Source: an uncultured Candidatus Saccharibacteria bacterium (lineage in GTDB: Bacteria > Patescibacteriota > Minisyncoccia > Spechtbacterales > 2-12-FULL-38-22). From it: a stretch of DNA of 64,000 bases. Each line of letters begins with the position of its first letter. Within the stretch, counting starts at the first letter, position 1. Positions 29,366 to 40,375 of this stretch are shown here, in pieces. The translations under genes were made by a program, and so were the position numbers. The notes under the pieces are model-generated. The model did not search any database. It worked only from the letters and a program-made list of their open reading frames with translations, and was not told where the DNA came from. The DNA is taken from the NCBI GenBank assembly GCA_964393575.1, contig CAYMUG010000002.1:341-64340 (forward strand), read 5' to 3'.

Positions 29366-30912
29366 ATATTTTTTTCAGCTTTTTCCCCGGCGAGACGAAG
29401 ACGATCAAGAGTTTCCTCTTTACCTATAACTGCCATAATTTCAAAAGGACCCGGGGAAGCCTTCCTGCCGGTAAGCGCGGCACGGAGAGGCCAGAGAAGC
29501 TTACCCCTGTCCCCTGCTTCATTAGCGTGTTCCATTAATACTTCTTCAATGTGTTCTGTTTTTTCCCATTTTTCTTCAGGCATCTCTTTTATTATAACAT
29601 TTAAATTATCCAGCACCTCACGTAATTCCTCAACACTCGTATCCTTCCAGAAGAGAAGGTTTGCTTCATAGTCGGGCTTCTTAAATACAAACTCAACTGC
29701 CTCAGGCACTTCAGATAAAGTTTGTACCCTTTCTTGTTCCATGCTTACAACTTTTTTTAGCCACTCAAAATTCTTTTCTCCATATATTTCCGTTTGGAAT
29801 TTGTCATTTGTAAGATGAATAAGACCTGCATCTGCTAAATAAGGCAAAGACATCGCAGTGAAATCAGATAGCTCTAAATTCCTAATATAGTTCCCATTCA
29901 TCCAGTTAAGTTTTTTAATATCAAATACAGCTCCGGTTTGTTGGATATCTTCAACTGCGAATTCTTCTATAGTTTCTTCGCGCTCCATCAATTCTTTTTG
30001 GTCGTCTTTCGGATGCCATCCCAGCAAAGCGAGGAAATTAAACATAGCATCGGGAAGATACCCCCCATTCCGATATTCGGACACTGATGTCGCTCCATGG
30101 CGCTTGGAGAGCTTGCTTTTGTCGGGACCTAATATGAGGGGAATGTGCATATATTCGGGGATAACAACATTTTCCCGGCTGTCGGGTACTTCAATCCATT
30201 TAGACATCTCTTCTTCTGCTTGTTCCAAACGGGAAACCCCCATCGCCTCTCGTACCAGCATTTGTTTCGGTGTATTTGAAATATGGTCTTCTCCCCTAAT
30301 AATATGTGTAATATTTTGTTTATAATCATCAACCGCTACTGCAAAATTATATAAAGGCCTATCTAAGCTTTTTGCGATAGAAAAGTCACCAAGCAATTTC
30401 GAGTCAAAATCAATCCATCCTCGCACCCGGTCATAAAAGGATATAGTTTCTGTAAAATCGTTTTTCAACCTGATAATTGAACGTGTTACTTTGTCCTCAT
30501 CCCCTCTTACATCCTCGTCACGGTACTCGCATATGTGGTGTGGTGATTCTTTTCTCTCCATTTGCTTTTCTTTCTCTTTATACAATTCATCCTGTGTATG
30601 CCAGCAGTAAAAAGCGTTTCCCTTTTCCAGCATTTCCTGAAGAAAACTTTTATACATATCTATATGATCACTTTGCCGCAAAATATCCCCGTCCCACTCC
30701 AGGCCTAGCCACTTAAATCCTTCTAAAATATCTTCCTCCCACCGTTTTTCTGAACGTTCTGTGTCAGTATCTTCAATACGCACCAAAAACTCAGCTCCGT
30801 ATTTTTTCGCAAAAATATAGTTGAATAACGCGGTTCTTGCGGTACCCACATGAAGCGGGCCTGTGGGTGAAGGCGCCATGCGCACTTTTGATTTTAAGTT
30901 TTTTTCTGTCAT
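29362..30912 (-). CDS. gltX: Glutamate--tRNA ligase
   Basis: APSPTGPLHVG, RIEDTD, RGEDH, KLSKR. Confidence 0.96.
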   Translation of the reverse strand: MTEKNLKSKVRMAPSPTGPLHVGTARTALFNYIFAKKYGAEFLVRIEDTDTERSEKRWEEDILEGFKWLGLEWDGDILRQSDHIDMYKSFLQEMLEKGNAFYCWHTQDELYKEKEKQMERKESPHHICEYRDEDVRGDEDKVTRSIIRLKNDFTETISFYDRVRGWIDFDSKLLGDFSIAKSLDRPLYNFAVAVDDYKQNITHIIRGEDHISNTPKQMLVREAMGVSRLEQAEEEMSKWIEVPDSRENVVIPEYMHIPLILGPDKSKLSKRHGATSVSEYRNGGYLPDAMFNFLALLGWHPKDDQKELMEREETIEEFAVEDIQQTGAVFDIKKLNWMNGNYIRNLELSDFTAMSLPYLADAGLIHLTNDKFQTEIYGEKNFEWLKKVVSMEQERVQTLSEVPEAVEFVFKKPDYEANLLFWKDTSVEELREVLDNLNVIIKEMPEEKWEKTEHIEEVLMEHANEAGDRGKLLWPLRAALTGRKASPGPFEIMAVIGKEETLDRLRLAGEKAEKNI

Positions 30913-30920
30913 AGTATTTT

Positions 30921-32030
30921 CTATTTTATATTCTTCAGTATCACCTCCGCAATCTTAAATGCGGACTGCGGGGTTGCAAACCTTTGTGCTGCTTTGGACA
31001 TTTCTTCAAGTTTTTCGGTATTGTCGGTTAGTTTTTTAATTTCTTGTAAAAATATATTTGTTGAAAGATTAGATGTACTTAGCGTTATACACGCTCCTGC
31101 ATTTTGATACGTTTGTGCATTTTTTTCCTGGTGTCCGCCAGCGGAACTTTCTAAAGGCAGTATTATAGAGGGTTTGCCTGCTGATGCAATTTCATATATA
31201 CTGCCGGCGCCCGCTCTACTTATGACGATATCGGAAAGTGCAAAAATGTTTTTGAGATCTTCTTCTTCAAAAAATGGTTGGATGTGCCAACTTGCCGCCT
31301 CTTGTTTACTAAGCTTATCTTCGCCTGCTTTTTTAATTTTTGAATAATGTTTTTCCCCTGTCTGATGAAATATTTCGTAGCGGTTAGTTAATTCTTTAAG
31401 CGTTGCAAATATAAGCGAATTTATCGGTGTAGCACCCTGGCTTCCGCCCAGCACGAGTACTGTTTTTTTGTTTGATTTTACATTATACTTTTCCCTTACT
31501 TTTGCAGCCGAACCTCCGGACATATTTCTTACAGGATTACCCAAGTATTCTGTTTTTTCAGACGGAAATTCCGGATAAGACCCCGGGAAAGATACTACAA
31601 CCACACGGGCAAATTTTGCAAGTATCGTATTTGTCATACCGGCTTTGCTGTCGGATTCATGTAATATAATTGGAATTCCAAAAAGTCGCGCTACCATTAC
31701 TGTGGGAAAGCTACCATATCCGCCTTTAGAAAATATTATATCGGGCCTGATCTGAACCAGGTATATATATGCCTGAAAAAACCCGAATAGTGTTTTAAGC
31801 GCGTCCGGTATATTTTTGATCGAAAAATATCTTCTTATTTTACCTGTGATTAAATTCTTTATATTTATACCCTCAATTTTTAACTTGCTATTATGAGGGT
31901 TGCGCGGTCCTATAAATATTAGTTCAACATTGGCTTCTTTTTTTAATTCGCGGGCCACTGCAATCAAAGGAAATATATGACCTCCCGTACCCCCTCCTGC
32001 GAATACTATTTTTAATGGTTTGTTTTTCAT
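30921..32030 (-). CDS. murG: MurG glycosyltransferase
   Basis: GGGTGGHIFP, GGYGS, GNPVR, GGSQGA, HQEKNA. Confidence 0.95.
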   Translation of the reverse strand: MKNKPLKIVFAGGGTGGHIFPLIAVARELKKEANVELIFIGPRNPHNSKLKIEGINIKNLITGKIRRYFSIKNIPDALKTLFGFFQAYIYLVQIRPDIIFSKGGYGSFPTVMVARLFGIPIILHESDSKAGMTNTILAKFARVVVVSFPGSYPEFPSEKTEYLGNPVRNMSGGSAAKVREKYNVKSNKKTVLVLGGSQGATPINSLIFATLKELTNRYEIFHQTGEKHYSKIKKAGEDKLSKQEAASWHIQPFFEEEDLKNIFALSDIVISRAGAGSIYEIASAGKPSIILPLESSAGGHQEKNAQTYQNAGACITLSTSNLSTNIFLQEIKKLTDNTEKLEEMSKAAQRFATPQSAFKIAEVILKNIK

Positions 32031-32069
32031 ATTTATAGCGAATTACATGATGCGGGTATATTTTATATA

Positions 32070-33158
32070 TTAACGTGATTTAGAAAGCTGCAGAAGAAAT
32101 CCTGAAGCTGCAAGCATAATAGCAAGTGAAGAACTTCCGTAGCTTATAAAAGGCAGTGTTACTCCCGTTAAAGGAAATAGGCCTATAGTTGAGGCAATAT
32201 TTATAAACGCCTGTAAAAAAATCCATGTAACTATTCCTGTTGCTGCAAATCTGGCGAAATTATCTTTAGCCGAGAGTGATATCTTTATTCCCCGCCAAGC
32301 TATTATAATATACAGTAGAATTACTATTAATGCTCCTATAAAACCGGTTTCTTCAGCGAGTATAGCAAAAATGGAATCATTCATAGCAAGGGGTATAAAT
32401 TCTTTTTGTGTTCCCATAAACGGACCAACCCCGAAAATTTGGCCGGATCCTACAGCGATCAAAACTTGATTTATTTGGTAACCCAATCCCAATGGATCGC
32501 TTTCCGGCTTTAAAAAAGCCAGTATTCTATTCATTCTGTATGATGAACCCTGTACAACAACAAAGAAACCGCCCACCCCCAACATTACGAGAGAAGATAT
32601 ATACTTCAAAGAAGCACCTGCTGTAAAGTACATAATTCCTCCTATGATAACAATAATACCGAGAGCGCTGACATTGGGCTGCAATAAAAGTAACATACTT
32701 AAAATACCCATAAATATCAGAACAGACACAAAAGATTCTTTGTTTTTCAGATTTTTTTCTCTTGAAGCCAGCCATGCTGCCATATAAACAATGAAGGTAA
32801 ACTTTACTAATTCTGACGGCTGGAAAGTCGCAAAATGTAAATCTATCCATCTTTGTGCGCCGCTGGTTTGCACGCCTAATCCCGGGACAAACACAATCAC
32901 TAAAAATATTAAAGAAATAAAAAATATAAAAGGCGCTAATTTTTGTATCTTTTTGTATGGTATTAAATATAACGCAAGCGCACCCACACCTCCTAATAGA
33001 AACCCAAAAAAAGCTTGGTGCATGAAATACCCGTATATGTTACCAAAATCCTCTTTGCTCTGTGGTATAGAAGCGGAAAGCAAAGTAATAGCGCCTATCA
33101 ATATTAGCGCCCCCAGGACAATTGCTAAAATTTTATCCGGTTTTTGCTTTTTTGGCAT
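32070..33158 (-). CDS. ftsW: SEDS peptidoglycan polymerase FtsW
   Basis: GAQRWI, FQPSELVK, GVTLPFISYGSS; adjacent to murG. Confidence 0.9.
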   Translation of the reverse strand: MPKKQKPDKILAIVLGALILIGAITLLSASIPQSKEDFGNIYGYFMHQAFFGFLLGGVGALALYLIPYKKIQKLAPFIFFISLIFLVIVFVPGLGVQTSGAQRWIDLHFATFQPSELVKFTFIVYMAAWLASREKNLKNKESFVSVLIFMGILSMLLLLQPNVSALGIIVIIGGIMYFTAGASLKYISSLVMLGVGGFFVVVQGSSYRMNRILAFLKPESDPLGLGYQINQVLIAVGSGQIFGVGPFMGTQKEFIPLAMNDSIFAILAEETGFIGALIVILLYIIIAWRGIKISLSAKDNFARFAATGIVTWIFLQAFINIASTIGLFPLTGVTLPFISYGSSSLAIMLAASGFLLQLSKSR

Positions 33159-33321
33159 ACCGATTTCTAAAGAGTGCGACAGTTGATTGAAAAATCAAGC
33201 ACTCTGATTCGACGGAGAATGTTTACACTAAATATGACCTTCAATAAAAAACAAGGCGTTTTTATGCCGCCTACTTATATGCCCTACTCCGCCGGTTGAT
33301 TTTTTTATAATTAAAATCCAT

Positions 33322-34875
33322 CTACGTTCTTTTAAGTACCTGACCTGCCATATTTTTTATCTCTTCGTTGCGAACAGCAATTTTACCGTTGACGATAACG
33401 TGCTTTATGCCTTCGGGGTATTGATACGGATTTTCAAAATTTGCTTTATCCTGCAGTGTATCAGGGCTGAAAATAACAAGATCAGCGTAGTTCCCTTCCT
33501 TTATTATGCCCCGATTTTTTAATTTAATTTTTTCGGCAGGCTTGCCTGTAATTTTTGCTATAGCATCTTCCCAGCCAAGAAGCTCTTTTTCTTTGACGTA
33601 TTCTCGTAAAAATTTAGGCATAGCGCCGAAATATCGGGGATGTACAGACATATCTTTTAATTGTGATTTGGGTTTAATACCTACACTATCAGAGCTAACA
33701 AATGAATCACTGTGTCTAATTCCCTCCTCTACGTTTTCCTCGCTTAAGTTAGGAGTAAATACTATTATACGATTTTCAGAAGCTAAAATTAATTCTATGG
33801 CGATTTGCTCAGGGGACTTCTCCTGATTAGATGCAATTTCTTTTAAAGTTTTTCCGGAATAAGTATTATCTATATCCCCCATAGCAACTATCATATCTCC
33901 TATAGAATAAGGGCTTTCCTGCATTTCTTCTACTATTCTCTTTTGATGTTTTTCATTGCGCAGATATTTAAATATACTCTTATTGCCTTCTTCTGCTACC
34001 CAAGCGGGAAGAAATCTATATAAAACAGAGGCGGTTATAGAATAAGGATAGAGGTCAAAATTAACATTATACTTTCCTGATATAGCGCCTATTACATCTT
34101 CATATTCGTGCCAATAGTTTTTTCCGGCTACCTTCAGGTGCGAAAGTTGCATATTAACACTCGATTTTTCCGCTACCTCAAGTTGTTCGTTTGCAGCGCT
34201 CTTAAACGAATCCGACTCATTTCTTATGTGGCAGGAATAAAGGGCATTGTATTTTGAGACAAGCTCTGCTATTTTTTCCAGCTCATTGCGGTCTGCCGGT
34301 CGTCCGTGTGCGTATCCCAATCCCAAAGAAACACCGAAAGCCCCTTCTTCAAGAGCGCGCTCCATCATTAAAAGCATTTTTTTTGTTTCAACATCGGTAA
34401 GGATACGATGCTCGTCTCCTGCAAAAGCTCTGCGTATTGTAGAATGACCGGCCAACGTAGCTAAATTTATACCGAAAGAGTGTTGTTCTAATTCCTGAAG
34501 ATATTCTTCTAAAGAATTCCAGTTTACGTTTATTTTTTGCGGGTTTCCCCACTTTTGTATAGAATTTACAAAAACTCCGTCCACAAGCGGAGCCAGCGAA
34601 GAGCCGCAATTACCCATTAATGCTGTAGTGATACCCTGCCTCAGTAAATTTTCCTGTGCGGGATTATCAAAAATAGTTATAAAAGCATCAGAATGGTTTA
34701 AAATATCAACAAAACCCGGAGAAACAATACAGTTTTCCGCATCAATTATCTCTTCGTTGGATCTTTCGCGTAAATTGCCTATGTTTATTATCTTACTTCC
34801 CTCTATGCGTAAATCCGCCTGATATTTTTCCTTGCTTCCGCTACCATCTATAATTGTTCCTTTTTTGATAAGCAT
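33322..34875 (-). CDS. N-acyl-D-amino-acid deacylase family amidohydrolase
   Basis: PGFVD..HSD, GNCG.S, HIRNE, SHLK, HPR.FG. Confidence 0.85.
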   Translation of the reverse strand: MLIKKGTIIDGSGSKEKYQADLRIEGSKIINIGNLRERSNEEIIDAENCIVSPGFVDILNHSDAFITIFDNPAQENLLRQGITTALMGNCGSSLAPLVDGVFVNSIQKWGNPQKINVNWNSLEEYLQELEQHSFGINLATLAGHSTIRRAFAGDEHRILTDVETKKMLLMMERALEEGAFGVSLGLGYAHGRPADRNELEKIAELVSKYNALYSCHIRNESDSFKSAANEQLEVAEKSSVNMQLSHLKVAGKNYWHEYEDVIGAISGKYNVNFDLYPYSITASVLYRFLPAWVAEEGNKSIFKYLRNEKHQKRIVEEMQESPYSIGDMIVAMGDIDNTYSGKTLKEIASNQEKSPEQIAIELILASENRIIVFTPNLSEENVEEGIRHSDSFVSSDSVGIKPKSQLKDMSVHPRYFGAMPKFLREYVKEKELLGWEDAIAKITGKPAEKIKLKNRGIIKEGNYADLVIFSPDTLQDKANFENPYQYPEGIKHVIVNGKIAVRNEEIKNMAGQVLKRT

Positions 34876-34950
34876 TACATCTAAAAAGATTAATTATTTT
34901 TATTATACCAAACTTTATACATTCTACCCAATGCTGTAGATAAAATAAAC

Positions 34951-34976
34951 GACCCTCCGACTTGAGTCGGAGGGTC
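34951..34976. terminator. Hairpin downstream of mraY
   Basis: GACCCTCCGACT-TG-AGTCGGAGGGTC. Confidence 0.65.
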
Positions 34977-35002
34977 TGTATTTATGACACAATAGTTATT
35001 AT

Positions 35003-36046
35003 TTAACCTACAAGACCTATTATAATACCAAGTCCTGCGAATACTGCCGATATCACCCAAAAACGCATTACTATTTTGGGTTCACTCCATCCTATGGCCT
35101 GGAAATGATGATGTATGGGCGTGCTCTTAAATAATTTTTTATTAAATACTTTTCTCCAAAATATTTGCAGTATTACAGATGCCGATTCTAAGACCAAAAC
35201 AAATCCGATAAGCGGAAGTACAAATACCTGGTTGGTTAACATAGCAATAACTCCTAATGTTACACCTAAAGACATACTTCCTGTATCTCCCATAAAAAAT
35301 CGTGCCGGGGGTATATTAAACCAAAGAAATGCTAAGAGTGCACCTGCGACAACTATTGTAAAAGCGGCTAATTGGAACATCCCTGCTGCAAATGCAAGGA
35401 TGCCGTAACTTGCAAAAGCAATCATAAGCACACCGCCTGAAAGGCCGTCCAGCCCGTCTGTTTCATTGGTTGAAAAACTGGTTGCGAAAATTATAAATAT
35501 AAAGAAAGGTATATACCAGATACCTATACTAAAGTCTCCTGCAAACGGTATGTGTATTATATCCCAATCAAGTTTAGCCCAGAACCACCATGCCCCCACG
35601 CCGGCAATCAGAGTATATAAGAGCGCCCTTTGTTTCATGCTTATCCCCCCTCCTACCGGACCAAGTTTAAAAATACCCAATAAATCGTCAGCGAGACCTA
35701 CAATTGCAGCAGCAAAAAGTGCGGTTAATGGCAAATATGTTTCTCCTCTATCCAGAAAATTAAACTCTGCCAGGGCGGACCCAGGAAATACTTTATTAAT
35801 TAACCAGAATATTAATACGAGTATACCTACGGTGCCCCATATTAAAATACCACCCATTGTGGGTGTACCTGCTTTGTGTTTGTGCAACTTAGCAAATATA
35901 GGCGCATTAACGCTTTGTCTGATCTGTTTTCCCAGGTTGTATTTATATAGAAAATGCGTTAGTAGAGGAGTAGAAAAAAGAGCAACTACGAACGCAATGG
36001 TCCCCAGCCCGAACATTCGGGCTAATTCAACAATTTGAAGCTCCAT
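35003..36046 (-). CDS. mraY: Phospho-N-acetylmuramoyl-pentapeptide transferase
   Basis: KAGTPTMGG, GLADD, TDGLDGL, FMGDTGS, PIHHHF; start MELQIV. Confidence 0.96.
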   Translation of the reverse strand: MELQIVELARMFGLGTIAFVVALFSTPLLTHFLYKYNLGKQIRQSVNAPIFAKLHKHKAGTPTMGGILIWGTVGILVLIFWLINKVFPGSALAEFNFLDRGETYLPLTALFAAAIVGLADDLLGIFKLGPVGGGISMKQRALLYTLIAGVGAWWFWAKLDWDIIHIPFAGDFSIGIWYIPFFIFIIFATSFSTNETDGLDGLSGGVLMIAFASYGILAFAAGMFQLAAFTIVVAGALLAFLWFNIPPARFFMGDTGSMSLGVTLGVIAMLTNQVFVLPLIGFVLVLESASVILQIFWRKVFNKKLFKSTPIHHHFQAIGWSEPKIVMRFWVISAVFAGLGIIIGLVG

Positions 36047-36051
36047 AGATT

Positions 36052-36187
36052 TGTTCGGCTTCGCCTCCAAAAACATTTAACAATTGACTTTTAACTTTTG
36101 ACTGCGCTCGCTTTGCGAGCGCCCGGAAAATCGCAAAACGATTTTGTCAGGAGTCAGATGTCAAATGTCAGCTGGGCGGAGCGAGCT
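36052..36187 (-). repeat. Structured leader element
   Basis: Starts 1 nt after the upstream stop (GCTCGCTCCGCC) and ends GGAGGCGAAGCCGAAC, 6 nt before the mraY ATG. Confidence 0.8.
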
Positions 36188-37369
36188 TTATTCTTTCCAG
36201 ATATACGCCTTTTTTACCCAGTTTAAAAGATTTCGTGTGGCTTCCACTCTATCCTTAGCGTTAAGCGTGGCTACTACCAAGTACTTTTGTTTATTGGGGG
36301 TTTCAGAAAGTACAGTCATAGAAGGACCAGCTTCTTCCGTAAATCCTGTTTTTCCGGCAACTACACCATCGTAAGCATCCAATAGTGCGTTTAAGTTTAT
36401 CCAATAGTGCGTAATATCTTTATTGCTTACTTCCACCGTGGCGTTGGGTTGATTTAAAATCTCCCGTAGCACCTCGTTCTCCCATGCGGCGTACATAATC
36501 TGTGCCACCTCATGGGCTGTAGATATATTTTTTTCGTTTAAACCGGTAGGATCTTCAAAGGAGGTGTTCGTGAGGTTTAACTCTCCTGCTTTTCTGTTCA
36601 TTAATTCTACAAAAGACGGACCTCCTCCGGAGTTATTATTTTCGTCATAATAAGTTTGGAGGGCAACACCGGCATCATTACTGCTTTCAAGGAGTAATGC
36701 TTGCAAAAGTTGTTTTGTGGTCAGCTTTTCACCCTCTATTAACCCCGCTGAATTTCCTCTTGTTTCTATTGCCTCTTCCTGTACTGTTATTTGTTCGTTA
36801 AGATCTAAATTATCCACTACTACCATTGCCGTTACAAGCTTAGAGATGCTGGCAATAGGTCTTGGTTCAGAAATATTTTTACCATACAAAATTCTTTTAG
36901 AGGGAACATCCATGGCAATTGCTGATTCTGCATTTATATCTTTAAACTTTACCCCCCAATTTCTTGCCGGTAAAAGTTCGGGCCGTGAATTAGCTCTTAT
37001 AAAACCCGTAAGAGAAGTTCTGATTTCAGTTGTTTGAGGTAAAAATGCCGGTTTTGTTTTGTATTGTTCCAGGAACTTTTCTCTTTCAGTAAGGCGCAGA
37101 CCTGATAAATGCACCTTCTCTCCTTCCGATTGTTTTTCTCCCGCCCCTTCTTCTGCCTGAGGAGCAACCCTAAGAGATGCAGCCCAATCTTTAACTGTTT
37201 GGTTGCCGTAATACAAAAACCCTAATAACAAAAGCGGAAAAATAACAGCAACAGTAATAATGCTGGCCTTTTTTCTGTGCCTTTTTATGATGTTTGTACT
37301 TTCTCTTACACGGCTTTTTACGAATCTGGCCCGTGCATCAGCTGAATATTTAAGTTTTTTTGTGTCCAT
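36188..37369 (-). CDS. D-Ala-D-Ala carboxypeptidase (peptidase S11)
   Basis: ASISK, SSND, GKTG motifs; N-terminal TM helix. Confidence 0.9.
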   Translation of the reverse strand: MDTKKLKYSADARARFVKSRVRESTNIIKRHRKKASIITVAVIFPLLLLGFLYYGNQTVKDWAASLRVAPQAEEGAGEKQSEGEKVHLSGLRLTEREKFLEQYKTKPAFLPQTTEIRTSLTGFIRANSRPELLPARNWGVKFKDINAESAIAMDVPSKRILYGKNISEPRPIASISKLVTAMVVVDNLDLNEQITVQEEAIETRGNSAGLIEGEKLTTKQLLQALLLESSNDAGVALQTYYDENNNSGGGPSFVELMNRKAGELNLTNTSFEDPTGLNEKNISTAHEVAQIMYAAWENEVLREILNQPNATVEVSNKDITHYWINLNALLDAYDGVVAGKTGFTEEAGPSMTVLSETPNKQKYLVVATLNAKDRVEATRNLLNWVKKAYIWKE

Positions 37370-38774
37370 TGTTATTTTTATCTTTTACTATTTTAAGCCC
37401 CAATTCTCTTAATTGTTCCGTGCTAACTTCATCGGGAGCATCCATAACCGAAGTTTTAGCAGCTCCTGTCGTGGGAAATGGAACAACCTCTCTAATGCTT
37501 GCCTCTCCCATCATAGCCATCAACCATCGGTCACTAGCGGCAATTCCTCCGTGAGGAGGTACACCGTACTTAAATGCCTCAAGTAAATGTCCGAATTTTT
37601 CCAGGGTTTCCTCTTTGGTGTGCCCCAAAACTTCAAAAACCTTATGAAGAATCTCGGGCTTGTGCGTCCTTACGCTTCCGCCGAACACCTCAGATCCATT
37701 TAGTACAAGGTCATATTGTTCGGCTTTAATATTTAAAATATCCTCTTCATTATCGGAATCTAATTTATTTATATCACTTTTATTGATTCCCGTAAACGGA
37801 TGATGTGTGGAGCTAATTGAACCATCATCAAGTTTTTCAAACATAGGAAAATCCGTGATCCACACATAAGCAAGAGGGTCGTTATCTGCGGAACTTTTTC
37901 TTAAATCAGGAGAATCGGTGCCGTACTTTTCCATTGCCTCTGTATATGTAAGTCGCGGGAAAGGTTTTTCAGCTATTTTTTTACCTATTATCTCTTCTGA
38001 GACAAAGATAACAAGTTCTTCCGTTAACTGTAAAATTTCCTCCTGACTATAAAAAGCAACCTCAATATCAAGCTGCTCAAATTCAAGTAATCTATCCTGC
38101 CGCAGGTCTTCATCGCGGAAATTTCGTGCGAATTGAAAATACTTCTCTACCCCCGCAATCATCAACAGCTGTTTATATTGCTGGGGTGACTGCGGAAGCG
38201 CGTAAAACTCCCCGGGGTAATGCCTGCTCGGTACTAAAAAATCACGCGCGCCCTCCGGTGTGGATTTAGTTAATATAGGTGTATCCACATAGGTAAAACC
38301 TCTCTCGCGCAAAAATTCAGAAACCCCCGCCTTATATTCCTGACGAAGACGCAGCATTTCCCGAAGACGAGGACGGCGTAAATCCAAATATCTGTACTTT
38401 AGCCGCTTTTCTTCTTCTATATCGTAACCGTCTGTATCTAAAGGAAAAGGCGGGGTTTCCGCTTCATTGATAACTTCTAAGTCCTCTACGTTTATCTCAT
38501 ACTCTCCTGTTTTAATGTCTTTATTTACCATATTTTCAGGCCTCTTTTTTACCTCGCCTTGTACTCTTACAACCCACTCCTCGCGTATTGAATCAGCGGC
38601 CTCGTATGCATTATCTTCTTTGGGGGTTACAACAAGCTGCGCCATGCCTTCTTTATCGCGCAGATCAAGAAAAATAAGCTTGCCATGATCACGACGGGAA
38701 TCCACCCATCCCGCAAGCGTAACTTTCTCGCCTTCCCGTTCTGTAATTTGGTTTGTATATATACGGTTCTCCAT
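37350..38774 (-). CDS. aspS: Aspartate--tRNA ligase (short form lacking GAD domain)
   Basis: RRDHGK, RLKYRYLDLR, TPEGARDF, PQSPQ, FRDED, HHPFT. Confidence 0.93.
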   Translation of the reverse strand: MENRIYTNQITEREGEKVTLAGWVDSRRDHGKLIFLDLRDKEGMAQLVVTPKEDNAYEAADSIREEWVVRVQGEVKKRPENMVNKDIKTGEYEINVEDLEVINEAETPPFPLDTDGYDIEEEKRLKYRYLDLRRPRLREMLRLRQEYKAGVSEFLRERGFTYVDTPILTKSTPEGARDFLVPSRHYPGEFYALPQSPQQYKQLLMIAGVEKYFQFARNFRDEDLRQDRLLEFEQLDIEVAFYSQEEILQLTEELVIFVSEEIIGKKIAEKPFPRLTYTEAMEKYGTDSPDLRKSSADNDPLAYVWITDFPMFEKLDDGSISSTHHPFTGINKSDINKLDSDNEEDILNIKAEQYDLVLNGSEVFGGSVRTHKPEILHKVFEVLGHTKEETLEKFGHLLEAFKYGVPPHGGIAASDRWLMAMMGEASIREVVPFPTTGAAKTSVMDAPDEVSTEQLRELGLKIVKDKNNNGHKKT

Positions 38775-38800
38775 TATTATTTGTCATTAGTCATTTATTA

Positions 38801-40375
38801 TTAGTTATCGGTTGTCTCCTCATTATGCGGTTGTTTTTCCGGAATTTCAATGATGATCGTGGTTCCTTCTCCCTTTCCCTCACTTTCCGCTTGTATTGTG
38901 CCGTTATGACCTTCTATTAACATTTTAGCAACATACATTCCCAAGCCGGTTCCGCTGGCTTGTTTTTCTTCTCCTCTGCCCCGCTGAAAACTTTCAAAAA
39001 GATTTTCTTTATCTTCCTTAGTAAGCCCTATTCCTGTATCCTGTACATAGATTTGCACGGTATTTTTAAATTCATCTCTCTTAATGCGCAGTGACACCCC
39101 TCCTTCCTCAGTGTATTTTATAGAGTTGTCCACTAAATTGCCTACCACCTGCTCTATTTTTTCACTGTCCACCTCTACTTCCACCGGTTCCTCCGGCTTG
39201 TTCCAGGTGAAGCTAAGCCCTTTTTCTTCTGCAGGTTTTTTCATTTCACCGACTACAGTATCTATAATTGCGCGTAAGTCCTGTTTTTTAAAGTTAAACT
39301 TAAGTGTGCCCTTCTCGGCACGGGACAAGTTCAAAAAATCTTCCACAAGACGTTGCATATTTTCATTGGAGTGGTACATATTATTTACGACACGCAACTG
39401 CTCTTTGCTTAGCTTTCCGAAGTCGCCCTCGCGAAGCATTGAAATGTATCCCTTCAATACCGTAATCGGGGAACGTAGTTGATGAGAAGCAATAGATAAA
39501 AATTCGGATTTCTTTTCGGATACTTCCTGTAGAGCATTTATTTCTCTTAATGTGCTTCTTACAAGTAAAATACTGATAATAATTACCAATATAAAGAGTC
39601 CTCCGTCAACCAAATATTCTCTGGGTGTATCAGCCAACAGCGCGTTAATGAGAAACACAATAATAAGAAGTGCTGCAAATAACTCTGTAGCTATAACTTT
39701 TATATTGAATAACTGATGTTTGAATATCGCATAAGCAATAGAGGCAACAAATATTAAAACGGATACATTAGCCACCCAATTCAATTCAAAAAAGCCGAAA
39801 TGCGGAGGATATAGGTTGGTAAAAACGGACACCAGAATTGCCAGTGTTGTTCCCACCAAAACATATAAAGCCTGGAGTTTTTTTATACCGGAACTCCGGG
39901 TGTAATATTTATATAAAATCAAAATCCCGGCAGGAAAAAATGTTGAAAAATATAATATATATATCCACGAACCCCAGCCGAAATTTATTATATTTTGTCC
40001 ATTTTCTATATATTCCCCTCCCCTGATTAATACATCCGGCCATATGAATATTACAAGCAGAGGTAAAAAAATAAGAGTTAAAAATATTTTTTGTTTTTTA
40101 GAAATCTTTTCTTTGGTAAATGAAAGGGTGAAATATACATATAATATCGGGATAAGCGAAGCGGTTGTATACAAAATGTGAGCCCAATAAGCTACTGCTT
40201 GGCCTGAATCAGCCGATTGGAAAAACAGCATACTCACAGACCAAGCTATAATAAACAAATCCATTACAAAAAAAACTCTTGCTGATTCTTCTTTTCTGTT
40301 TTTTATAAATGTAACAACTGCCAAAACTGCAATCGCAAAAGTTGCTACACTGATTGTAATGTTAATCAAACTCAT
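38801..40375 (-). CDS. Sensor histidine kinase with N-terminal multi-TM (7TM-like) region
   Basis: About 9 hydrophobic segments; ASHQLRSP H-box; N, G1 (DTGIG) and G2 (GTGLG) boxes. Confidence 0.9.
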   Translation of the reverse strand: MSLINITISVATFAIAVLAVVTFIKNRKEESARVFFVMDLFIIAWSVSMLFFQSADSGQAVAYWAHILYTTASLIPILYVYFTLSFTKEKISKKQKIFLTLIFLPLLVIFIWPDVLIRGGEYIENGQNIINFGWGSWIYILYFSTFFPAGILILYKYYTRSSGIKKLQALYVLVGTTLAILVSVFTNLYPPHFGFFELNWVANVSVLIFVASIAYAIFKHQLFNIKVIATELFAALLIIVFLINALLADTPREYLVDGGLFILVIIISILLVRSTLREINALQEVSEKKSEFLSIASHQLRSPITVLKGYISMLREGDFGKLSKEQLRVVNNMYHSNENMQRLVEDFLNLSRAEKGTLKFNFKKQDLRAIIDTVVGEMKKPAEEKGLSFTWNKPEEPVEVEVDSEKIEQVVGNLVDNSIKYTEEGGVSLRIKRDEFKNTVQIYVQDTGIGLTKEDKENLFESFQRGRGEEKQASGTGLGMYVAKMLIEGHNGTIQAESEGKGEGTTIIIEIPEKQPHNEETTDN